DNA from: Macrostomum lignano
Taxonomy: Eukaryota
Direction of reading: 5' to 3'
Length of the DNA: 64,000 bases
NCBI GenBank assembly: GCA_002269645.1
Contig: NIVC01001762.1
Span: forward strand, 1 to 64,000
Both the position numbers and the translations under genes were made by a program. Shown in pieces: positions 33,301-46,290 of this stretch (position 1 is the stretch's first letter; each line of letters opens with the position of its first letter). The notes under the pieces are model-generated. The model was given only the letters and a program-made list of their open reading frames with translations. It made no database searches and was not told the origin of the DNA.

Positions 33301-36300
33301 TGCCTTTGCGGTCTCAGCAGCAGCCGCAGAAGCAGCAGCCGCCGCCTCTGCCGCCGCACCAGCGGAATCCGCAGCATCAGCGGCACGGCTCCCTGATGGT
33401 GCCGACTATGCAGCAGATTCAGCAAACCCATCGGGCTCTCCGGGTTGCCCAGGACGATCAGCAGGGCGGCTTTCTGGCTTTTCAGGCGCTCCGCTCTGGC
33501 GGCCCCAGCCGGCGCGGCCCCCTCATCGCGCGCGCTTCCGACCCGGACGTGGCTGCCACCATCCAGGCCGCGGTGGCCGCCGCCGCCGGCAGCTCCCCGC
33601 CGGAGGTCGCCAGACGCGGCTCAGCCGACGATTTGCTCGACTCGCCGTCTGACGACAACAACGATACTGGGGAGAACGGCGGCGGAGTCGTTGAAATCCT
33701 CGATGGTGTCCACGGCGGCGGCGGGCCCGCCGAGGACGAAGAGGACGACGACGCCACCATCGTGGAAGACGAGTCAACGGCCGCGCCACTGCAGCAGCTG
33801 TCGCGGTCAGCGATGGTCAACAGGTGTGGCGCGTCTCCCTCAGTGTTTTCTCTTTTATCAGGGCGACCCCGTGTGAGCTGGTAATGTGGCACCTCAATGG
33901 GGTCACATGTTTCTTAACAAGCTTTGGTCTGATCCCCAGGCCCTTATCAATCCCATCCCCCTGATCCCCAGGCCCTTATCAATCCCATCCCCTGATCCCC
34001 AGGCCCTTACCAATCCCATCCCCTGATCCCCAGGCCCTTATCAATCCCATCCCCTGATCCCCAGGCCCTTATCAATCCCATCCCCTGATCCCCAGGCCCT
34101 TACCAATCCCATCCCCTGATCCTCAGGCCCTTATCAATCCCATCCCCTGATCCTCAGGCCCTTACCAATCCCATCCCCTGATCCCCAGGCCCTTATCAAT
34201 CCCATCCCCTGATCCCCAGGCCCTTATCAATCCCATCCCCTGATCCCCAGGCCCTCATCAATCCCATCCCCTGGTTCCGAGGCCCTTATCAATCCCATCC
34301 CCTGATCCCCAGGCCCTTATCAATCCCATCCCCTGATCCTCAGGCCCTTACCAATCCCATCCCCTGATCCCCAGGCCCTTATCAATCCCATCCCCTGATC
34401 CCCAGGCCCTTACCAATCCCATCCTCTGATCCCCAGGCCCTTATCAATCACATCCCCTGATCCCCAGGCCCTTATCAATCCCATCCCCTGATCCCCAGGC
34501 CCTTATCAATCCCATCCCCTGATCCCCAGGCCCTTATCAATCCCATCCCCTGATCCCCAGGCCCTTACCAATCCCATCCCCTGATCCCCAGGCCCTTATC
34601 AATCCCATCCCCTGATCCCCAGGCCCTTATCAATCCCATCCCCTGATCCCCAGGCCCTTACCAATCCCATCCCCTGATCCCCAGGCCCTTATCAATCCCA
34701 TCCCCTGATCCTCAGGCCCTTACCAATCCCATCCCCTGATCCCCAGGCCCTTATCAATCCCATCCCCTGATCCCCAGGCCCTTATCAATCCCATCCCCTG
34801 ATCCCCAGGCCCTTATCAATCCCATTCCCTGATCCCCAGGCCCTTATCAATCCCATCCCCTGATCCCCAGGCCCTTATCAATCCCATCCCCTGATCCTCA
34901 GGCCCTTACCAATCCCATCCCCTGATCCCCAGGCCCTTATCAATCCCATCCCCTGATCCCCAGGCCCTTACCAATCCCATCCTCTGATCCCCAGGCCCTT
35001 ATCAATCACATCCCCTGATCCCCAGGCCCTTATCAATCCCATCCCCTGATCCCCAGGCCCTTACCAATCCCATCCCCTGATCCCCAGGCCCTTATCAATC
35101 CCATCCCCTGATCCCCAGGCCCTTACCAATCCCATCCCCTGATCCCCAGGCCCTTATCAATCCCATCCCCCTGATCCCCAGGCCCTTATCAATCCCATCC
35201 TCTGATCCCCAGGCCCTTATCAATCCCATCCCCTGATCCCCAGGCCCTTACCAATCCCATTCCCTGATCCCCAGGCCCTTATCAATCACATCCCCTAATC
35301 CCCAGGCCCTTATCAATCCCATCCCCTGATCCTCAGGCCCTTATCAATCCCATCCCCTGGTTCCGAGGCCCTTATCAATCCCATCCCCTGATTCCCAGGC
35401 CCTTATCAATCCCATCCCCTGATCCTCAGGCCCTCATCAATCCCATCCCCTGGTTCCGAGGCCCTTATCAATCCCATCCCCTGATTCCCAGGCCCTTATC
35501 AATCCCATCCCCTGATTCCCAGGCCCTTATCAATCCCATCTCATGATCCACCTGGGTTCTTACTTAGAGACCTCAAGAATTTTTATTATCTAATATAAAC
35601 TCTCTGCCCTGTCTGTCCTGTTGAGTTTAAGAAGTGTCAACCGTATATACGCGAGTCTGTTTATGCGCAGACCTCACGCCTGCATTCTAGTCCCACTCTA
35701 GAGCTCCGCAACAAGATAAGGCTGAGTACAGACTTGACCCCCTGCAGCTCCAGCCAGCCTTACGCGGATAGTTCAAAATAAACACATGACGCATTCTTTT
35801 TCAAACTGCTCAACCCAGCTCAATAAGTAGTGACGCGTTTGCGTAATTGACATTATTATTTCGCGATCGTGTCAGTCTCTCTGTGTGTGTTTGTTAAAAT
35901 GCGTGCGCTCAATGTGGACTTTGGAGTTGGGTGGTTGGTGTTAAACGGGGTGCTTTCACAAGGTCGAAATTTCACAACGTCGAAAAGTAAATTATTTCAC
36001 AAGGTCGAAACTTCACAAGGTCGAAATTTCACAACATCGAAAACTTTAGCAAGAGGCTTCATAAGGTCGAAATTTCATAAGGTCGAAATTTCATAACATC
36101 GAAAACTCAAATAGCAGCCACTTTCACAAGGTCGAAACTTCACAAGGTCGAAATTTCACAACATCGAAAAATCTAGCAAGAGATTTCATAAGGTCGAAAT
36201 TTCACAAGGTCGAAATTTCATAACATCGAAAACTCAAGTGCAGCCACTTTCACAAGGTCGAAACTTCATAAGCTCGAAATTTCACAAAGTCGAAAATTTT

Positions 36301-39300
36301 ATATATCAAGAACCATACAGTAGTTTTCTACGTATGGTCGAAATAGTCGAAATTTCGACCTTGTGAAAGAAGGTGCTTTCGACGTTGTGAAATTTCGAGT
36401 TTGTGAAACCCCCCCGTGTTAAACCTTTGTTACGTAATAACTTGCACTGCAAATATTTGCTTGCTTCAGCTGCTGCTCTGGGAAGCGAAGACGCAGGCTT
36501 AAATCTATTCTAAGAAATCTTTAAAAATGAATTTAAGAAGCCCCTGAGCTGCTCCATTCGGTTCTCAGCAGAAACAATAATAAAGGCTGCATTCCTTTCT
36601 TGTTATAATTATTAACACTGAGCGCAATTGTCTCTCAATCCTGTCCCCTAGGGGGGGGGGCACACGGCACTTTCCCCCTTCCTGTATGCTCTGACCACTC
36701 TCTCCCTCTCTCTCTCTCTCTCCACTCACTTATTCTCTTCTTGACCACCGCAGACTTCAACTCAGAAAACTTTATTAGAGCTGGCTAGCCATATGCATAG
36801 TTGTATCTATTTTTAGCTATAGAGCTGTGTACATCCATTGTACACACGCGCGTGGCCGGAGCTTGACTGGCGCAGCGGGTGAGACTGGAGGTTTAGAGGG
36901 CCATATATCCCAGGCTGAGCGCGAGAGAGAGAGTCCAGCCCGCTCAGCGGGATCTCACTCAAACAAGGTGAGAGAAGTCGACAGCAGAGAGAAGGGGGGA
37001 GAGTTGAGTTCAGTTAGTTTGAGTGTTCTTCAGTCTTTATGATTGACGGCTACAATTTCAGGTTGGGCCCTTGGCTAGCTGATTCCCCACCTGGAGTCTC
37101 GCTCTCGCTCCCCCCCAAGCTCACTCAATCAACTGCTAAATCCCCGATGCCATGGAATTCCAGTTAGAGGGCGTCCAAGTGTGATACAGACACCTTATTG
37201 TCTCTTCCATCTGGCTTGTCTTCTCCTGCTTCTGGGTGGAATTGGAACTGGGGATCGATTTTTGTATGCTGCTTTTTTGTTGTTCTCACCTGTAGTGCAG
37301 TAGGGCTGTCTGTCCTGCTTTTACATTTCTTGTGGCTTGATAATGCTGGCAATTCAGCCGTTTCGGGGTGTATAGCCTCAGTGGCTGCTGTATGGCTGTT
37401 GGAACTTACTATATTTGTGAATGTCCTTGCGTGTCTCCCACTGCCTACCCCAGTGTCTCCCACTGCCTACCCTAGTGTCTCACATTGCCTACTCTAGTGT
37501 CTCCCACTGCCTATCCCAGTGTCTCACATTGCCTACTCTAGTGTCTCCCACTGCATATCCCAGTGTCTCACATTGCCTACTCTAGTGTCTCCCACTGCCT
37601 ACCCCTGTGTCTCACATTGCCTACTCTAGTGTCTCCCACTGCCTACCCTAGTGTCTCACATTGCCTACTCTAGTGTCTCCCACTGCCTACCCTAGTGTCT
37701 CACATTGCCTACTCTAGTGTCTCCCACTGCCTACCCTAGTGTCTCACATTGCCTACTCTAGTGTCTCCCACTGCCTACCCCAGTGTCTCACATTGCCTAC
37801 TCTAGTGTCTCCCACTGCCTACCCTAGTGTCTCACATTGCCTACTCTAGTGTCTCCCACTGCCTACCCTAGTGTCTCACATTGCCTACTCTAGTGTCTCC
37901 CACTGCCTATCCCAGTGTCTCACATTGCCTACTCTAGTGTCTCCCACTGCCTACCCTAGTGTCTCACATTGCCTACTCTAGTGTCTCCCACTGCCTACCC
38001 TAGTGTCTCACATTGCCTACTCTAGTGTCTCCCACTGCCTACCCCTGTGTCTCACATTGCCTACTCTAGTGTCTCCCACTGCCTACCCTAGTGTCTCACA
38101 TTGCCTACTCTAGTGTCTCCCACTGCCTACCCTAGTGTCTCACATTGCCTACTCTAGTGTCTCCCACTGCCTACCCTAGTGTCTCACATTGCCTACTCTA
38201 GTGTCTCCCACTGCCTACCCCAGTGTCTCACATTGCCTACTCTAGTGTCTCCCACTGCCTACCCTAGTGTCTCACATTGCCTACTCTAGTGTCTCCCACT
38301 GCCTACCCCAGTGTCTCACATTGCCTACTCTAGTGTCTCCCACTGCCTACCCTAGTGTCTCCCACTGCCTACCCCAGTGTCTCCCACTGCCTACCCCAGT
38401 ATCTCCCACTGCCTACCCCAGTGTCTCCTATTACTTACCCCTGTGTCCTCCCTTTCCGCCTCCTACAATCCGCTGCTTCCAATCCGCATTCTCAGGTCGC
38501 CGAATTCCTTGGATGACGCGCCGTCGGCAGCATCCATCACCGCCGCTGCTGCCCCTCCGGCTCGGCCGCCTCGCCGCAGGTCATTCGGCCCGCTGTCGGC
38601 CTCCTACCCGTCGCCGCAGCCGCCAGCTCAGACGGCGCCATCGTCCCGTAGCCGGCCGGCCGCGCAGCCTCTCGCCTCGCTGTCTGCCGCGGCCAACGGC
38701 CAGGCGGAGCCGGGCACCACCATCCCGCGGGACAAGTACGCCCAGCAGATCCGGCGCGCCCAGATGTCTCTGCCGAGATCTGTCAGCGGAGCCAAACCTC
38801 CTTCACCGTCGGCTGCGGCTTCGGCCTCAGCCAGTGCTGGAGCCGCCGGGACTCCGCCTCCGGCTGTGCCGCCTCGACGTGGCGCTCGCGACTCTGCGAG
38901 GTGAGTCACTGGCATTTCAGCTTCTTCTCCATCTCCACTTTCTGCTTCTCCGTTCAAGTCGTAGTGTAGAAAATATGTTTCAATACATATCGGGGATGAA
39001 CTGGCTACTCTTGCACTCATTTACGAGGTGTTGAATAAATCTACTGATCTATTTCAAAGTTCATTGGCTACTATAATTCACACTAATTAGACAGCGGCCT
39101 CTCTAATCTCTCTCCCGCCTGGCCTCATCTTGTCTTCCACCACCTCGGCAGGCTGCTTTTCTCTCCATCCACTCCCGGCTGTCTGTACTAATAAAAGCAA
39201 TTTTCAATTTCCTATGAGCGCAGCAGCCCAGCCAACCGTGGGATTAAACATTTTTAGTCTTTTATTGCACCTAATGGCTCACAGGTGGACTGAATGCGGC

Positions 39301-41066
39301 TCCGTTTTCTATTGATTATTCCCAGTCTCTTCGCGTCTGCCCGCCTATGGTAACAATTTCATTGATTTCCTCCTAAAACTGACTATTTATATTTGCATGC
39401 AGATAGGCAGAACTCTTGTGTATCCGGGATGCAGGTCCCGACAACTGCAGTTCCTAGGGGCCACATGGAATTCCTTTCTGCCTGGCATCCTTGCGGAGAG
39501 GCGGAGGCACCAATGCTCGCTTCTTTTCAGCGGGTACACAATTGACTGTTGCGATTTAGGTTAAAGTTTGAGTTTAGGTTGTGGTTTAGGTTGGGGTTAG
39601 GGCTTGGTTCTTTATTCGAGTCAGGGGGGCTGTGTGCACCCTGGCGCACTTCCGCCGACTCCCCTGAGTAGGCACACACGCAGGAGTGTACATCGGCCCT
39701 AACTTTTTTATCATTGGGCATGTACACTTCACTGTGCCTCGGGTGTTGGCCCCCAAGGCCATTAATTGCACGAACAGAGCCAAGCCGAGATTCCTTTTTA
39801 GCCGCGAATTAATGTGACTGCGAATCGAGCCTGGGCCACTGGCTCGTGAGAGCGCCGCGCTGGACCACAGGGCTACAGCCCCCCCCCCCAGGGTTTGGGT
39901 TTACGTTAAGTTTGGGTTTAGGTTAAGGTTTAGGTTTAGGTTAAGGTTTGGGTTTCAGGTTAAGGTTTGGGTTTCAGGTTAAGGTTAGGGTTTCAAGTTA
40001 AGGTTTGGGTTTAGGTTAAGGTTTGGGTTTCAGGTTAAGGTTTGGGTTTAGGTTAAGGTTTGGGTTTAGGTTAAGTTTGGGTTTAGGTTAAGTTTGGGTT
40101 TAGGTTAAGGTTTGGGTTTAGGTTAAGCTTGGGTTTAGGTTAAGGTTTGGGTTTCAGGTTAAGGTTTGGGTTTCAGGTTAAGGTTTGGGTTTAGGTTAAG
40201 ATTTGGGTTTCAGGTTAAGGTTTGGGTTTAGGTTAAGATTTGGGTTTCAGGTTAAGGTTTGGGTTTCAGTTTAAGGTTTGGGTTTCAGGTTAAGATTTGG
40301 GTTTCAGGTTAAGGTTTGGGTTTAGGTTAAGGTTTGGGTTTAGGTTAAGATTTGGGTTTCAGGTTAAGGTTTGGGTTTCAGTTTAAGGTTTGGGTTTCAG
40401 GTTAGGGCTAGGAGGGTTATGACAGTCGGCAGAGTCGTCGTAGACCTTTTTCACCGTGTTCAAAGTCCTGAAGGTTTGCTAAACGCTGCTATACCTTGAA
40501 CGTGTGCAATGGTATCATGGTAGGTGTCAGAATGGGCAGAAAAATTGCCTCACTGAGTCGCCGCACACTGCAGGACTATTATCTATCGCCGACATCGTGC
40601 AGCTAAAACTAATGCTGATGATTGACAGCTATGTAGCCAAGAGCGCTGGGTGGAGCAAGGGTTGGATGGGGAAGGCCGTGACGCCGCGGGTGTTTGAGGG
40701 TTAATTAGGCCGACACCTCTCCCGGGCCTTCGGTCCAGCCTCACTGATTAGCCTGGCTAAATCTCTGCTCAGCTCTATTTTTGACAAGCTCAGACATAGC
40801 AGGCCCTAAAGAGCTGCTAGAGAGGCTGCCCGAGAGTCCCATGGTGTTGCCTTTTTGGGGAGCATTTTTATTCCTATTTGGCTATTTATAGTAGCACGTG
40901 AAGCATGTTTGGCGTCACGTCGGAAATGCGCTGCAGTGAGATAATGCTAATTAGTTATTCGTTATGAGTAGCTAAAAGGTAACAGTTCTCGGCGCTTCTA
41001 ACATTCAGGCCAATAGCATGGCATTTACTCGCTATCTGCGTGTCTCTCTGTCTATCTGCGTGTCTC

Positions 41067-41113
<47 letters not shown>

Positions 41114-41161
41114 GACTGTCTGTCAGTCTGTCTGTCTGTCTGTCTGACTGTCTGTCAGTCA

Positions 41162-41201
<40 letters not shown>

Positions 41202-41217
41202 GACTGTCTGTCTGTCA

Positions 41218-41253
<36 letters not shown>

Positions 41254-41256
41254 GAC

Positions 41257-41317
<61 letters not shown>

Positions 41318-41329
41318 GACTGTCTGTCA

Positions 41330-41373
<44 letters not shown>

Positions 41374-41374
41374 T

Positions 41375-41425
<51 letters not shown>

Positions 41426-41514
41426 GACTGACTGTCTGTCTGACTGTCTGTCTGACTGTCTGTCTCTGTGTCTGTCTGTCTGTATGTCTGTCTGTCTGTC
41501 TGTCTGTCTGTCTT

Positions 41515-41560
<46 letters not shown>

Positions 41561-41561
41561 A

Positions 41562-41597
<36 letters not shown>

Positions 41598-41668
41598 GAC
41601 TGTCTGTCTGACTGTCTGTCTCTGTGTCTGTCTGTCTGTATGTCTGTCTGTCTGTCTCTGTCTGTCTA

Positions 41669-41703
<35 letters not shown>

Positions 41704-41706
41704 GAC

Positions 41707-41759
<53 letters not shown>

Positions 41760-41775
41760 TTCTGTCTGTCTGTCC

Positions 41776-41843
<68 letters not shown>

Positions 41844-41846
41844 TAG

Positions 41847-41879
<33 letters not shown>

Positions 41880-41880
41880 T

Positions 41881-41922
<42 letters not shown>

Positions 41923-41923
41923 A

Positions 41924-41971
<48 letters not shown>

Positions 41972-41972
41972 T

Positions 41973-42014
<42 letters not shown>

Positions 42015-42015
42015 A

Positions 42016-42051
<36 letters not shown>

Positions 42052-42152
42052 GACTGTCTGTCTGACTGTCTGTCTCTGTGTCTGTCTGTCTGTATGTCTG
42101 TCTGTCTGTCTCTGTCTGTCTATCTGTCTGTCTGTCTGTCTGTCTGTCTGAC

Positions 42153-42205
<53 letters not shown>

Positions 42206-42208
42206 TAG

Positions 42209-42249
<41 letters not shown>

Positions 42250-42250
42250 T

Positions 42251-42281
<31 letters not shown>

Positions 42282-42284
42282 GAC

Positions 42285-42337
<53 letters not shown>

Positions 42338-42340
42338 TAG

Positions 42341-42377
<37 letters not shown>

Positions 42378-42963
42378 TTCTGTCTGTCTGTTTGTCTGTC
42401 TGTCACTAGGACCAGAGCTTATCCGCAGGCCCGCACGCAATCTGTGCACTGCACACGCGTCTGACTAACAGAATTCGCTTAGTCAACAACAACTGAAAGG
42501 AATTCCGCTGCTCATTAAATTCTGCTTTTTCTCTTCTTTTCTACCCGTCCCCCGCTCCCTGTTTTCGTGGCGGGCCAGTAGGGGGAGGATGGCTAGGGAG
42601 GGCGAAGCGGTCAATGGTAATTGAGATTTGAAGGCACGGGTCCTTCCTTCGAAGCAGAAATGGAACGGAAAAAGACTAAAAGCTTTTGTTTCCTTTTATT
42701 ACATTACATTATTTCTGGCCATGCAGGAATTCAACCTTGTCATATTTTTCTGCTTATGCGCAGATTTGAGAACGCCAAGCAGGAAAAAATTGAAACATCT
42801 ACTAATGCTGTTTTAGAGTTATATAGAATCAAAAATACTTGTAGTATAGAGCAGCTTTTTATTGGTAATAGCATAGAACTTGCATTGCCTGTGCTGCTTA
42901 TTGATTATTGTTTTTGGAGTAAAGTTTCTTTTCTAAACTCGCGCTTCAATAAGAAAGAATGCG

Positions 42964-43007
<44 letters not shown>

Positions 43008-45175
43008 GGAGTGGCGGCGGGTCCCACTGTACGGGGCAACCCCCTCTCTCTCTCTCTCTTTCTGAGAATTCGCTCCGTTCGTTCAGCTTCGGTCAATTTA
43101 TTTTCAAGCGTGCCGCGGCGCCACCAGACTCTGCTTCAGTCAGGGAGAGAGCGGGAGAGGGCCGCCGAGCCACCCCGCCTGCCGTGCCCAATTCTCGGAC
43201 TCGGGCCGGCCCCAAAGCAGAGAGCGCAATGTAGCCGAGCCGCTCCCCCCCTCCCTCCCTGCCTTTCCGCGCATTCACTGCATTTAACCCGAGGCACCTT
43301 CATTCGGCACCAGCCTGTTAAAAGTGTTAAGCACACCGATGCCTCTAACTGGCGCCCACGCAACTCGGCTCAGTTAAGCAATTGAAGCAGAACTATCAGC
43401 TGAAGAAGAGTTTACCAAAAAAACCTACTCTGTCTGAACTTCTCCTCTGCTGCAGGATCGAGAACCGGGACAGCCAGTACGGCTTGCAGCAGCAGCAGCA
43501 CCGGCACACTTTGTCCTCGCCGCCGCCGAGGTCCGCCTTATTCACTGCTGGCGGCGTTGGAAGCGGCGGCATCTCCAGACTGGTGGCATCGCCGTCTCTT
43601 CAACTGCCCCTGTCCGGCAGCGGCGGCCCCGCCGTCATGCAGCAGCCGCCGGCCGGAGCTCCCAGCGGCAGCCTCGCCAACGCCGAGGTGATCAATGAGC
43701 GCCAGATTCCCAACGTCCGCGAGTTCGTCTCCTCCTTCGAGCGCAGCGGCGGCGGCAACCCGCGGGTGCGAGGTGGCGCAGCCGCCCCAGAAACGCCGCG
43801 CGGCCACGTGTCGGACTTGTCGCGCCGATTCGAGCGCAGCGGCAACGGCAATAATAAAAACGGCGCCAGCCCGTCCTCCTTCCGCGACCTTCGCCACGCG
43901 TTCGACCAGGAGCTGCGCTCCGCCGCCCGCAGCGCGGCTTCAGAAGCGCCTCCTACCACCGCCGCCGCCACCACCGTCACCACTGCCCGCCCGGCCTCCT
44001 CGGACTTTGGCGGCTCTGCCCTGTCGACATCGCCGCTGCCAACCAGTTCCGCAGCCTCCGCGCCCCCGACTCCCTCCGACTCGGCGCCCGCGCCATCGCC
44101 CGCGCCCAACTCGGCAGCCCCAGACGACCTGTCGACGCCGCCCCCGCCCGACGTGTCCACCTTGCCGCTCAAGCAGCCGCAGACGCCGCAGCCTCCGCCT
44201 CCCCAGCCGTCCACGTCGAATTCGCCGCAACAGTCGGCAAAACGGCGATCGCAGCAAAACGGTGACAGCGGCGCCGTCACGTCGCCGGCGCCAGGCGCAG
44301 CAAACACTGCGCCTCTGGCCACGCTCGACTCCTCCGAAGATGACACTGACGTCGAAACCGCGGCAGGCGCCAACGGCAGCGCTGCAATAATCGCTTCGGC
44401 CGCATCGCTGTCGACTCCGACGCCGACTACTTCGCCGGTGTCGACGCCCACGTCGCCCACCGCTCTGGGCCTGGCCTCACCCTACTGGCAGCAGCCGATG
44501 CTCATCGCCCTGGAGCGGCAGCGCCGAGCCGCCGCTGAAGCTGCTGCCGCCGCGGCTGCAGTCGTTGATGCCGCCGGCGCGGACGCGGACACCGACCTGG
44601 ACGCCGAAGAGCTGGCCAGGCGGCGTGAACAGCTCTCAGAGTCGATCTCCGAGAAGCTCGGCCAACTGCGCCTTAGCCGCTCCGAACTGCGCGACGAACT
44701 CGCCGCTTTGGACGCCGAGCTGCGCGGCCGATGGCGCGGCCTCCTGGCTGAACGCGGCTGCGACGCCACTGAACTGGACGCCTTCGATCGGTATGTGGCC
44801 CGCGTCGGCCCGATGGTCCGCCTGCGCTGCCAGCTGGACAGGCGGCGGCTGCGCATTGAGCACGCGCTGGACTCGGCACCGGCCGACCCGGACGATCCGG
44901 AGCGCCGGGAGCTGGCCAGGCGGGGCGCCGAACTCGACGCTAAGCTGGCCGAGGCCGACCGGCTGGGCGAATCGGCGATGCGCAATCAGCGAGCCCTGCT
45001 GGCCGCCCTGGACCGGCGTCTCGAAGGTCGGGAGCTGAGAGAGTGCCGCTCGGCGCTGGAGCTTCGACTCAGCCTGGCTGGCGAGGAGGAGGCGATGCGG
45101 GACCGTCTGGACTGCGCCGAGGAGCAGCTGGAGGCGCTGCAGCAGCTGCAGCAGGCGGGCGGCCCGGCCTCGTGA
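27362..45175 (+). CDS. SHROOM: Shroom-family protein (N-terminal PDZ, C-terminal ASD2); exons 27362-27496, 28294-28442, 30072-30260, 33023-33823, 38496-38900, 43456-45175; 1132 aa
   Basis: All five introns are GT..AG with consistent phases (0,2,2,2,2) and the exons sum to 3399 nt in one frame. PDZ: LPLGLVL...VSVKE|[24 protein letters not shown]...EATRLM...LTVR. ASD2: [14 protein letters not shown]...ELDAFDRYV...RIEHAL...[13 protein letters not shown]...[11 protein letters not shown]. Confidence 0.82.
27580..28045. repeat. 34-bp minisatellite in Shroom intron 1
   Basis: Unit CCAGCTCCCATTCCCTGTCCCCAGCTCCAAGACA; source of spurious ORFs 27469-28140. Confidence 0.92.
28064..28240 (+). mobile_element. 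5'-truncated retroposon copy: structured body plus (ATT)n tail
   Basis: Homologous to 39754-39624 (minus strand); followed directly by ATTATTATT... Confidence 0.6.
28500..29560. repeat. Purine-rich GAGTGAGGGTAGA(GTA) minisatellite in Shroom intron 2
   Basis: Short G-rich units of variable length. Confidence 0.92.
30295..32222. repeat. 24-bp minisatellite in Shroom intron 3, about 80 copies
   Basis: Unit TCAACTGCCAGTAGRAATCGCCCC. Confidence 0.97.
33925..35545. repeat. 31-bp C-rich minisatellite in Shroom intron 4
   Basis: Unit CCCTGATCCCCAGGCCCTTATCAATCCCATC. Confidence 0.96.
35947..36415. mobile_element. Mutator (MULE)-type MITE, 469 bp, 9-bp TSD
   Basis: Exact 9-bp direct repeat GTGTTAAAC at 35938-35946 and 36416-36424. 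Ends GGGG...CCCC with about 39-bp imperfect TIRs. Internal tandem TTTCACAAGGTCGAAA motifs. Confidence 0.8.
37435..38430. repeat. 22-bp minisatellite organised as a 44-bp dimer, ending shortly before Shroom exon 5
   Basis: Alternating CACTGCCTACCCTAGTGTCTCA and CATTGCCTACTCTAGTGTCTCC. Confidence 0.93.
39610..39882 (-). mobile_element. tRNA-derived SINE with a highly structured body
   Basis: A box TAGCCCTGTGG (39875-39865), B box GGCTCGATTCG (39831-39821), then a body homologous to 28064-28216. Confidence 0.65.
39891..40410. repeat. Interstitial telomere-like G/T-rich minisatellite (18-19 bp)
   Basis: Unit GGTTTGGGTTT(C)AGGTTAA; related degenerate repeats at about 39555-39605. Confidence 0.85.
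41060..42405. repeat. (TCTG)n microsatellite with internal block duplications
   Basis: About 1.35 kb of TCTG with recurring variant blocks. Confidence 0.97.
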
Positions 45176-45264
45176 GCGGCGTGACTGACTGGCGGCTTTT
45201 CTTACTGACTTAGTGAGAGAGTTTTGCTGTTGCACGATGCGGCATTCAAAATAGTTTACAAGAC

Positions 45265-46290
45265 TTCTGTGTACAGGATGCTACAGACTAAGCAGTGTTC
45301 TGTGTACAGGATGCTACAGACTAAACAGTGTTCTGTGCACAGGATGCTACAGACTAAGCAGTGTTCTGTGTACAGGATGCTACAGACTAAGCAGTGTTCT
45401 GTGCACAGGATGCTACAGACTAAGCAGTGTTCTGTGTACAGGATGCTACAGACTAAGCAGTGTTCTGTGTACAGGATGCTACAGACTAAGCAGTGTCCTG
45501 TGTACAGGATGCTACAGACCAAGCAGTGTTCTGTGTACAGGATGCTACAGACTAAACAGTGTTCTGTGTACAGGATGCTACAGACTAAGCAGTGTTCTGT
45601 GTACAGGATGCTACAGACTAAGCAGTGTTCTGTGCACAGGATGCTACAGACTAAGCAGTGTTCTGTGTACAGGATGCTACAGACTAAGCAGTGTTCTGTG
45701 TACAGGATGCTACAGACTAAACAGTGTTCTGTGTACAGGATGCTACAGACTAAACAGTGTTCTGTGTACAGGATGCTACAGACTAAGCAGTGTTCTGTGC
45801 ACAGGATGCTACAGACTAAGCAGTGTTCTGTGTACAGGATGCTACAGACTAAGCAGTGTTCTGTGTACAGGATGCTTCAGACTAAACAGTGTTCTGTGTA
45901 CAGGATGCTACAGACCAAGCAGTATTCTGTGTACAGGATGCTACAGACTAAGCAGTGTTCTGTGCACAGGATGCTACAGACTAAACAGTGTTCTGTGTAC
46001 AGGATGCTACAGACCAAGCAGTATTCTGTGTACAGGATGCTACAGACTAAACAGTGTTCTGTGTACAGGATGCTACAGACCAAGCAGTGTTCTGTGCACA
46101 GGATGCTACAGACTAAACAGTGTTCTGTGTACAGGATGCTACAGACCAAGCAGTGTTCTGTGTACAGGATGCTACAGACTAAGCAGTGTTCTGTGTACAG
46201 GATGCTACAGACTAAACAGTGTTCTGTGTACAGGATGCTACAGACTAAACAGTGTTCTGTGTACAGGATGCTACAGACTAAGCAGTGTTG
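45265..46290. repeat. 33-bp minisatellite 3' of the Shroom stop, about 31 copies
   Basis: Unit CTGTGTACAGGATGCTACAGACTAAGCAGTGTT; explains ORF 45224-46339. Confidence 0.96.

Noticed and set aside
37198-37497. Hydrophobic 99-aa ORF as a small membrane protein
   Set aside because: Non-ATG start, no recognisable family, and it runs into a minisatellite; insufficient support.
39624-39754. HDV-like or twister ribozyme assignment for the structured element
   Set aside because: Stem order lacks the HDV P1.1/P4/J4-2 arrangement and the twister conserved loop residues are absent; left unassigned.
39821-39882. Functional tRNA genes (also 50940-51012 and 14936-14998)
   Set aside because: A and B boxes are present, but acceptor stems are not formed and the heads run into SINE bodies.
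39891-40410. True chromosome end
   Set aside because: Internal to a Shroom intron, and the repeats are degenerate 18-19-mers rather than perfect TTAGGG.
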